DNA from: Methanomassiliicoccaceae archaeon
Lineage (GTDB): Archaea > Thermoplasmatota > Thermoplasmata > Methanomassiliicoccales > UBA472
Direction of reading: 5' to 3'
Length of the DNA stretch: 64,000 bases
Assembly (NCBI GenBank): GCA_963827905.1
Contig: CAWHCB010000001.1
Location: forward strand, 52,963 to 116,962
The notes under the pieces were generated by a model, which was not told the origin of the DNA, ran no database searches, and saw nothing but the letters and a program-made list of their open reading frames with translations. The position numbers and the translations under genes are program-made. Numbering within the stretch: the first letter of the stretch is position 1; each line of letters starts with the position of its first letter. Shown here piece by piece: positions 39,048 to 49,500 of the stretch.

Positions 39048-41739
39048 TCAGGCCATGATCTTAGCCATGCTGTCCTTCGCATCCCGCATGATCCTCTCGT
39101 GACCGATGCGCGAAGCCACGGAGTAGGCCTCCTCGTAAAGTTTCATGGCCTCTTCCTTCTCGTTGTTCTCCATATAGACCGAGGCGATCTCAAGCAGCCA
39201 TAGCGCCAACCTCGAGGGGATGTCGAAACCTCTTAAGGTGTCCAGGCTGAGCTTGAACTCCTCCTTGGCCCATTCCCAGTCGCCCCTCATATTGTAGAGG
39301 AAGCCACGATAGAAGTGCATGTTCGATATCATCACCTGGTCGTTGAGCTTGATGAAGAGCTTGGTGGCCTCATGCAATAGCTCGTCCGCTTTGGCCAGGT
39401 CGTTCCTCGCCAGGTACTCTGCCGCTTGGTTCGATAGCGCATAGGCCAATGTGTTGATGTCGCCGACCGAGGTGGCCAGGTCGACCGCCCTTTCCAGGTA
39501 TTTCAGGCCTTCATCGCCCTGTTTGATGGAACGCATGTCATTGCCGATACCTATGCAGACCTTGGAGGTCATGTTCACATCGCCAGTGCGCTCGAGGATG
39601 TTAAGGGACTCCTTCTTCAATCGCACCGCTTCGGAATATTCCAAAAGGCTTGCCTTGACCCTGCCCAGACCATAGAGGGACCTTCCTAAGCGCTATCTTA
39701 TCCCCAACGCCGCGAGCGAAGTCTCCGGCCGCCTCGAAGTTCTGTACCGCCTCGTCGAACTTACCGCGGCGCTCCAGCAAACCCCCGGTGTCATAATATA
39801 TGTCCGCCAGGGTCTGTGAGTCCCGGATGTCATTGGCTATGCTGGACGCATCTGCCAAATGTTGAGATGAGCTATCGTACAGGTTGCGCTTCATCTCCAG
39901 CACTCCCAGCCTCCGGTGCACCTCGGCCTTGAGACGGGAGCCCTTGTCGACAGGCAGGTCCTCTAGCATCTCGGTGAGCTCTTCCACCGCCCTTTCATAC
40001 TCTCCATGCAGCTCCAGGATCTGGGCGTGCAACATGAGGAGCTCCATACGGTCCCGGTTCGCCTGACCCTTGGTCTCCACCAGCAAGCGGCTGAGCAAGG
40101 GGTCGAACTGCATGGCGTAACCTTTGGAGATGATCTCCTGGCCACTCCCCGCCGCCACCTCCACCGCCTTCTCCAGGTCCTTTGCCATGATGCAATGGTA
40201 CAACGCCTCCACCTTGGATGAGTGCGAGGAGTCCTGGATATAGAACTTGGAAGCGGCCCGATGGTAGATCATCCTCTGCCTCGGCGTCAATCGCGAATAG
40301 GTGAACTCACGAAGCAGGTCGTGCATGCCGATCATGCGCCCGATGGACTCATGGAGGATGGATTTGGAAATCAGAGAGTCGACCGTTTCGTACGAGACGG
40401 TGTAATCGATGTCCTGGAGCTCGATCTCCTTTCCGTTGAGGTCCTTGCGGATCTCCTCCTCGGTGATGAAAAAGGCGTCCATGATCACCGGGTAACGGAA
40501 CACCGATGCCACGTTCATGATGCGCTTCTCCGCCACATCCAGTTTGGAGACCACCTCCTGATCGATGAACATGCGGATGTTCTTCCCCAATGCCGATTGA
40601 GGCTCCTCGATGAGCTCGAGGAACAGAGGATGCCCCTTCGTGATCTGGATGACCTGCTCTATGTCTCCCTCGGGCATGGAGCGGGCCCTCAGCATCCTCA
40701 GGCTGCTCTCCCGGTCCAATCCCTCCATCTGCATCTCCCTGATCAGGTTTCGTATGACCAGGCTTCGAGAATAGAAGGCGGGGACCTCGCGGGTGGCACA
40801 GACCACCCTGATCTTGGGCAGCTCCTCGATCATGTTGATAAGCGCGTTGAGGAAATCGAGCACCAGGCGTTCGCCCTTGTGCACATCGTCGAATATGAGC
40901 AGGACCGGGATGTCTCCCATGTCCGTGATAAGGATCTGCAAGACCTCACCAGTGTGAGGGGTCTCGTTCTGATTGAGGTACCATTCCAGGTTCTTCTTTC
41001 CCAGTTGGGAGAGGAACTCCGCCAGAGGTCGCAGCAGGCCTCGCACATTGACCCATTCATGTATCTTGAGCCAGAACACGTTGGTCTGTTCTCGGACATC
41101 CTGGGCGAACTTCGCTAGTAATGTGGTCTTACCTATCCCTGGGATTCCATATATTATGATGGCCCTGGTGCTCTCACCGTTGATCAGGTCCATCAGCTGA
41201 CGGTATTCCTTCTCTCTGCCGAAGAAGGACCGGACCGCCGGCTTTTTGTCGGTAAAGTCGACGAAACGCCTCTCCTCTTTGGTCTTGGACTCATGGAAGG
41301 ACCGGCAATCGAACTTACCCCTGGCAACCCCCATGATTATCTCCAGGAAGGTATAGTTGCCGGGCATGTAGACGGAAAGACGGCCCACTTCGTCCTGGTG
41401 CAGGTCTCCCTTAAGGTCGATGACCTCGACCTTCATCGCCTCGAGGTCCTCCTTGAGATGCTTGGCCTCATCGAAGCCTTTGGTGGAAAGGAAATAGACC
41501 CGGCGGACGCTCGGAAGGCCCTTTACGTGCTTGGAAAGGATATCGACGATGCGCTCGTTGGCCATCTCGTTCAAGATTTTGGCTACGTTGTTGCGACCGA
41601 CCTCCACCGCATCCGCTATGCCCTCTTGAATGACGGCTTTGGGGGCATCAGCGTCCTGACTGTACCTCTGGTAGGCAAGTAGGTGCAGTAGCACCCTCTC
41701 CCGGGCAGTCAATAATGACTTCCGGGCGGCTCGGTTCAC
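39048..41739 (-). CDS. STAND/NB-ARC-type ATPase with an N-terminal wHTH and a C-terminal TPR array (MalT/AfsR-like regulator); one frame break near 39690
   Basis: Walker A IIIYGIPGIGKTTLL, Walker B VLLIFDDVH, then helical-repeat/TPR-like sequence through to ...RIMRDAKDSMAKIMA*. Fragments 39601..41739 and 39048..39644 join as ...GDKIAL/(GK)SLYGLGRVKASLLEYSEA. Confidence 0.8.
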
Positions 41740-41887
41740 GGACTAAGATTGTTTTCTTGAATAAAAATAATTCCCTTCAAATTATTATCTTTGAGGATAA
41801 GATAGACTCTCATTTCAAAATGAGCATGCTCAAAATCAGTTTTTATATCACGAAAATGAAAGGGTATGTGCTAGCAGAGTGTACGTT

Positions 41888-42457
41888 ATGTCTCCTGAGG
41901 ATGCCAATATGAACGTGGTCATGCTGGTCGAGGGTTTTCCTCGGCTCGGTTTCAGTTCCTTTGCCAGCATGATCGCCGATGGCACCCCCGGTGTCTGCAT
42001 AACCCGGTTGCATCCAGAGTACGTGATGGAGAAGTTCGGTCTTTTATCGCCCAAGTACTACTGGCTCAGCGGAAGCAAAGGGGACAACGTGATCTCTCCC
42101 AAGACCTTGACCGCTCTTACGAAGGCGGTCAAGCAGGAGGCGAAGGACCGGAAGGTGATATTCTTCCTGGACGGTCTGGAGTACCTCCTGCTTTGGAACG
42201 ACATGCGCAAGTTGCTCGCCACCCTCGAGGAGATCAACCAGGCCTTGAAGGTGAACGGTGGGGTGATGTACATCGGCATTGACCCACTCACCCTGGAGCA
42301 GAAGGACCTGGACCGGTTATGGGCGGTGTTCCCCAAGATGCAGCTGGACGAGAGCACGGTCAAGGAAGCCCAGCGATCCGGACAGGGCGAGGCAGTGTCG
42401 CAAGGTCAGATAACTGGAGGGCAGCATCCCGGCCGCCCTTTGACCGCATCGATGTGA
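41888..42457 (+). CDS. DUF835 domain protein
   Basis: GVCITRLHPEYV...YYWLS..., FFLDGLEYLLLWND and YIGIDPLTLEQKDL match DUF835 as I recall it. A second member is at 62112..62609. Confidence 0.6.
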   Translation: MSPEDANMNVVMLVEGFPRLGFSSFASMIADGTPGVCITRLHPEYVMEKFGLLSPKYYWLSGSKGDNVISPKTLTALTKAVKQEAKDRKVIFFLDGLEYLLLWNDMRKLLATLEEINQALKVNGGVMYIGIDPLTLEQKDLDRLWAVFPKMQLDESTVKEAQRSGQGEAVSQGQITGGQHPGRPLTASM

Positions 42458-42538
42458 CAGACCGAGAAAAAAGGTCATGATCGATGAAGGGATAGTGGTG
42501 AGCTTGCCTATTGTGAAGATGGTCGAATGGTGTCAGGA

Positions 42539-43435
42539 TCAGATGATCGCTCTCATCCGCCCTTTCTTATCGGTATAGGCCACCGCCATCCTTGGAGTGT
42601 TGTGGGCATATGATATCTCCCCCTTCCGGTCGATGAGGATAACACCTCCGTGTCCCTCCACCCGATTTTCTAAGAACGCTATCGCCTCATTGGCAGCCGA
42701 CCTTGCGCTCTTACCCGCCTCGATGCTCTGACATACTCTTCGTGCGACGCATATCTTCATCAATGCCTCGCCATAACCCGTGGCGGACACCCCGGCCGAA
42801 TTATTGTCAGCATATGTGCCGCAACCCACCAAGGGGCTGTCGCCTACCCTTCCGGACATCTTGTTGGGAGTTCCGCCGGTGGAGGTTGCGACAGCGATGT
42901 CGCCCTCATCATCGATCGCGACCGCCCCCACCGTCCCCATCGGGGCAGGTGCCTTTCCGCTGAAGGCATCTCTCTGGTGGAATCCTTTGATGCGCTGGAT
43001 GTCCTTCCATCTTGCAAGCTCCCTCTCGGAGACCAAGCAGTGGTCCTCCAACATCTCAAAGCCCATCTCCTTGGCGAATCGGGTCGCCCCTTCGCCCACC
43101 AGCATGCAGTGTTTGGTCCTCTCCTTGACCGACCTCGCCACCTGGATGGGGTGCCTCACGTTGCCGATGGCCGCCACCGCGCCGAAGGCCAAGGTTGCGC
43201 CCGTCCATGATGATGGCGTCCATCTCCACCTTTCCTTTCTCGTTCAGGAAGGAACCGCATCCGGCATCGAACACGCAATCCTCCTCCATCGAGACCACGG
43301 CCGCCTCCACCGCGTCCATCGCTTACCTCCGGACTCAAGCAGATCCTGTCCCAGACCCAGGGCTCGCAGGCAACCCTTCTTGTGGTCCTCGTGAAGCTCC
43401 TGGGGTATGTCCCAGGCCCCACCATGCACGATCAT
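42539..43435 (-). CDS. Isoaspartyl peptidase / plant-type L-asparaginase (Ntn hydrolase); frame broken near 43322 and near 43196
   Basis: MIVHGGAW..., [45 protein letters not shown] (autocleavage Thr) and GCGTYADN are spread over three frames. Confidence 0.8.
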
Positions 43436-43495
43436 GCGTCTCAATCACAACACCTGGCCGGATGGAGAACATGCTAGATGGATATGAGATTTGTT

Positions 43496-43540
43496 AGAAA
43501 AAGAAAAAGAAAAAAAAGGAAAGATGGGAGCTAAGCTCCC
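43496..43540 (-). terminator. Hairpin (GGGAGC-TTA-GCTCCC on the - strand) followed by long T-tracts, downstream of the giant - strand surface-protein locus
   Basis: The stem occupies 43526-43540. On the - strand it is followed by CTTTCCTTTTTTTTCTTTTTCTTTTTC (43496-43523). Confidence 0.45.
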
Positions 43541-43568
43541 TGTTTAGGTTTCGTCCGCTCAGCAGCAG

Positions 43569-46500
43569 CCGCACACGATCATTATGCTCCAGGAGGCCTC
43601 CTCATGCACGCAGCAGCACGGTATCTGAGATCATCCGACTAGGAAGCCGTCTGGCATCCATTCGCAGTCCCAGCACTCGCAGCAGCAACCGACGATGTTG
43701 ACGCACCCGTTCACATAGTGGGTCACACCATCGCAAGCCGGTATCACTACCGTGCCTGGTGAAGGTGATGGACTCACATGGGGCGAGGCACCAGATCATC
43801 TCGTTCAGACCGAGCCTGGCATCGTACACCTTAAGGCCGCAGGCCATGCTAGAACCCTCATTGGTCACCGTTACGGTGACAGTGACGGTCTCGCCGGACT
43901 TGGCGGTCTGCGGGTAGTCGATGTCGATGCGGACATCGCAGGCATCGCTCACGTAGACATAGTTGCTGTAGCTGACTGTCTGAGAGACTCCGCACTGCCA
44001 TCCCTTAGCGGTGACCGTGTTGACGATGACGTTACCATCATCGCAATACGACCAGTCCGCGGGACCTGGTAGCTCGAAGACGGCCTGTTGCAGCGTACAC
44101 TTGGTCTCATGGTTGCAGTGGTGCAGGCATCAGGCAGTCGATCCTGGCGTGCAGTCCGATCAGGTCATCATCAACGTATACGTTGGTGATGGCGCAGGTA
44201 CCAGCGTTCATCACGACGACCGTGTAGTAGATCACAGTCGCCAGGCATCGCGCACTTGAGACCGAAGTTGTTGATCTTCATGACCTCAAGGTGGAACTCG
44301 TTGTGCACGTACAGCTTGTTCTCAGCACAGGCCAGCTCGATCCACGGGTTGTAGCCGCAGTCGCGTCACCTTCTCGCAGCAATCGATGTCGTTGACCAAG
44401 CCCCATGCGATTACCTTGTCGTACAGGTAGTCGCCATAGATGCAGTACCACTCGGGCACGGTGTACTCGAAGGTCCACACGTACTCGGTCGCACGGCGCC
44501 AGGCAACAGATCATGTCAGACGGAAGTCGACTGGCATGCCATCCGATCCATATCGATGTCCATGAGGTATATGCAGGAGACGGAGTGCTCACCGACGTTC
44601 TTCACGGTGATCTCGTAGGTCACGACATCACCGGGCCAAACCTCGGTAACCAGCTTGCCATCGACATAGGCCATCTTGGTCATCAGCAGCTGCGGGCCGC
44701 AGACCTCAAGGCAGATGCACTCGCTGTCCATGATCGTAACCCTGCCCAACACTGGGCAGAGCTCACAGGCCATGGCAGTGAAGCAGTCCTCAAGGTACTT
44801 ACCGTCGTCGCAGAAGGTCCAGTCGCTCGGGATGGTGTACTCGTACTCGTAGTACGCGCTCTCTCCCGGAGTCAGGGCGGACACGTTGACCTCGTGAACG
44901 TTCATGAGGGTGTCCACCAGCTCGAACCCGTTGATGGTGTACTTACCGACGTTGGTTACTGCAACGCTGAAGTAGATAACATCTCCAGGCTCTGGGCAGC
45001 ACATCTGCGAGCACCTCTCGCCGTGCCGTTCGCACATCCAGTAGGCAATTATGGTGACATCAAGGTCAAACACTGGCCTGACCTCAACCTCACCCCTGAC
45101 CTCCCTGGACAGCACGCAGCAGTCATCGTTGTTCCCGTCGAGGCAGCACTTCGCGGTAACGGCGGCATCGTTGTAGACCATGGTTATGGACCCGTTGCAT
45201 GGCACTGGCATGGACTTGTCGAAGACCTTTGTGGACTTCGACGCGCCCGCGGCCAGCTCACCCACGTACCAGTAACCACCCAGCTAGGAGGTTATCGGTC
45301 ACGTTGACGCAGTACAGCTTTTGCACTCCGGTGTTGTGTCACCGTGATGCTCCAGCCGATCACTTCATCGGACCAGTACCACTCCTTCAGCGGGGTCTTG
45401 GTTATCTCGATGTCGCAGTCGCCCTCTACCATGACGCATCTCAGTGTCCGACCAGGACACGAAGACATCCTCCGCCCAGGCGGTGGCGGTCACGCTGTTG
45501 GTCAGCATGAAGTCGCCGCAGCATTCCTGGGGCACGATGAAGTCGATCATGATCTCCTTGGTCTCGCATGGAGCGAGGCAGCATGTCAGGCTCTTGTCGT
45601 ACAACACCCACTCGCCACCCTGGCACGATGTCATCACATCGGTGACGTTGATGCAGCTCAGGGCGATCTTGCCGGTGTTCTTCACGACGACCTTCCAGGT
45701 CAGCTTGTCACCTGGGTTGATCTCGATCGTCGCCAGGCGAAGGTGTCATCGTTGACCATGACCAGTTCCTTCCAGACCCGGATGCTCTCATCGATTCCGA
45801 CGACCTTGACGCTTACATCGTCGCAGGCCATGTCCATTCCGAGTCCATCAACAGCGGGCAACCTATCGCCCATGCCACTGACCGTGTTGTTGATCCACTC
45901 GCCGTCGCAGCAGTAGGTCCAGTCCTCGGGCACAGTGTAGGTCACGGTGTAGGTCTCGCTGTCGCAGGGCATCAGGCACTCGATGGTCTCGCAGAAGTTC
46001 AGCATCTCGTCGACGATCATGACGGAGCTCAGCATCTTCGAGCCAGCGTTCCACACCGTTATGGTGTAGGTGATGGTCTCGCCAGGCATTGCCTCGTCAG
46101 GCTTGTCGGCGGTCTTGCTTATCCTCAGGTCCATCGGGTCCCAGATCATCAAGGACGTGCTGTCGGAGTCGCTGACGCGCTTGGTGCACGCCCACGCGGA
46201 TACCTCCACCTGTTCTCGATACACTCTCCATCCTCGCAGTAGACCAGTCCGCCGGGACGGTGAACGGTACCCGGATGCAGATCGTCTCGAACGGCTTGCA
46301 TGCAGGGTATGACTAGTAGAAGTCGAGCATCTCGTCCTCTACCTCGACGCAACCAAGGGCCTTGCAGTTGGGGTTGGTGACTGAACTTGTACCAGAACCG
46401 TCTGGCCCGGCACAGCGAACTCGATCGCATCCGCACTGCTACAGTAGACGTTCTTCTCCACCTCGATGGTGGGTTGGATGTCCACGATCTTGGTCATCGT

Positions 46501-49500
46501 GTAGTCATAACCATGCATCATCTCGCACGGCCAGCAGGCCTTGCCCATGACATAGACGCCAGTTGTACAGCCATTCGCCGTTCATGCACGTCCAGTCTGC
46601 AGGCACGGTGTACTCAACCGTGAAGTTGTACCATTCGCACGGGTCCAGGCAGGGGATCTCGCGGTAGTCCAGCATCTAGTAGAACGGCCTCATGGAACAT
46701 TGCCAATGTTGCTGATGTAGTCAGATACCTTCAGGCAGCACAGGGGCTGCTTTCCGCGTTGTACACGCTGATCTGATAGCTGATGGTCTCACCGGGCGAG
46801 GCCTCGGATGGTCCGCTCTTGTACACCTGAACGATATGGTCCACGTTCACTCAATACGGTCTCAGAGTCGTCTGCGCTCACGGCAACGTCGCAGGCATAG
46901 CCGGCAGCGTGTAGCGGTGTTCACAAGGTACTCGCCATTCTCGCAGTAGGTCCAGTCACACGGTATCTGATAGCGATACCTCGAATCGCCTTCTGCTCGC
47001 AGGGGAGCAAGCACGGGATGCATCCAACGTATCCGATAAGACTGTCGGTGACTTCGATGCAGCTCAGTGGCAGGCAACCCTTGTTGTAGACAACGATCTT
47101 GTAGTAGACCGTCTGTCCCGGTTTTGGCCTCGAATCGACAGTGTTATCGGTGACGAAGCCTCGATTGGAATCCCCGGGTCGTTGCGTTCCAAGGTATATC
47201 TTGTCGACGATCAGGGTGATCGGGTCGTATAGGCCGACAGTCATGCGAGCCTTGTCTTGGCCCAAGCGTTCGCTTCTCGCAGCTGAGGAGCACTCGCAGC
47301 ACAATGCCTTGGCATACACGTCGACGAACAATTTATCCTTGTCGTCGCAGTGGTTCCAGTCGGCAGGGTATGGTGTAATGTACCACTCCCAGCTCATGGT
47401 CTGTCCAGGCATCAGGCCATCGAGCTCCTGGTAGAAGCCGATCGCTTTGCGTCTCCACCGACACGCAACAAACCGCTGTCACTCCAGGGTTGGTCGCAGT
47501 GATGGTGAAGATCACGGTCTCACCAGGCTCGGCGCATTCTGGTCCGGTGATCTCGACGTCGATGGCGCAGCAGGGCCTGATCCATCACGCTACCCTATGT
47601 CGCCGTCCCAGATCTCCTTCTCAGAGCAACCGCACTCGCCCTCGACCAGGCAGAGTAGGACAACCAGTATCCAGACTGGCAGCACTCCTCGCAGGTGGGG
47701 ACGGTGTAGTTGAAGGTGAACTCCTTCGACTCACCGGGGTTCAGGTAGACTGATGCATCCGAGCTTGTACCACTCGAAGTCGTGGCACTTGCAGGACTTG
47801 ACCATGGCGACCACACGTCCATCTGAACGATGGTCATGTTGCCGTCGTTGGTGACGGTGACCGTGAACTCCACGGTCTCGACCGGGCACGGCTCACTCCT
47901 GGGCCCATCGACCTCGATGTCCAGGCTGCACGGGCACATGACCATAGAGTACATGTGGTCTTCAGCGAACACTTCGGTGGTGCGCACCCAGGCGGTCGCC
48001 TAGACATCAGTTGCCACAGCTTGTAGTCCTGTCTTGCAGCATTCCTTCGGCACCGTGTACTGGAAGGTCAGCGGGACCTCCTGGCACGGGTGTCAGGCAT
48101 TCGATGGTGGACTGGAAGTCGATCGTCCCCATCCTTGTCGACGTCATCAACGACATCGATGTAGGACAGGATCTTGCTACCAGCGTTGCGGACCAATATC
48201 TCGTAGGTAATGGTCTGGCCCTGGTACACTACCTCAGGCGCGGACTTCTCGATCTCCAGGTGGTACTCGTCCTTTATCTCGATGCTCACGCTGGAGCTGT
48301 CGCTCACTGGGATGCCACAGGCGTAACCGGAGGCAGTCGCGGTGTTGACTAGGTAGTCACCGTCGTCGCACCAGGCCCAATCTGCGGGCACGGTGGTCTT
48401 GATCTCCTTAGGTCCACTGAGTTCATCATTCCGGCCTGGCAGGATGGGCAGTCGCAATCCTCGCCGCCAGTCATCGATGGTCCTCGCATCGGCCATGTCA
48501 GCCACCTCGCAGGGCAACCGGCATGGCATCAGGCAGCAGATCCACTCGTCCACGTCCGAGCTCTCGTCCACGACGTGCACGCAGGTGATCGGGTATGGTC
48601 CGATGTTCCTGACCGTCAGGGTGTAGGTCGATCTGTTGTTACCGTACAACGGGTTGGCGTAGGCCACGGAGACGTTCGCGGTCTTTATTATCTCGATCTG
48701 CGGCGGGTAGATTATCTCTACGTCGATGCAGTCCTCGTCCTTGACCCACTTGCCGCACTCGCAGCAGTAGGCACAGGCTCCAGCCTCGTTCTCGACCATG
48801 TGTCGGGTCGTCGCACCAGTTCCAGTCGGCACGGTACGGTGTACACGAAGGTGTAGGTGACGCTCTCGCAGGGGTCAAGGTCGCAGCCGAGGTCGATCAT
48901 ACCTTCTGCGCACGGCCATCTGCTCCCATACCTTCAGGGCGCAGAGGCTGTTCATTCCGGTGTTGGTTATGACCAAGGTGTACTCGATGGTGTCACCAGG
49001 GGCGGCCTCGTCCACGTTGGAGTACTTCTGTACGTCTGATGGAGCAGCAGTCCAGTGATGTGTGTGCTCCAGGAGGCCTCTCCGCGGGCGATAGCCGCCG
49101 GCGCAACAGGCCTGGGCTTTGAAGGTGTTGTTCATCCATTCTCCGTCATTCACAGTAGGTCCAGTCTGCGGGGATCTTCAGTTCCACCGTGAAGTTGAAC
49201 CACTGTCCCGGCATCAAGGGTCCACGGCACCATTGGCGTTCCAACGGCGCACGGGATCACTTCACCGGAGTACGAGTCGAATATCGCGACGACGGTGCCA
49301 TCGCCGAGGGTTATCTCATCGTGCAGCCAGAAGTTGGTCATGCACGGGTACTGGCCAGGGATAGGCGCAGTTGTACAGGCTGTACTCCCAAACTATCGTG
49401 TCACCGGGCTTGGCCTCGGTTGAGCCGGTCTTGGTGACCAGCAGGCAGTCGCAGTCGCAGGGCGACTCCACCTCTACGGTGTGGTCGTCATCGTCCCTGA

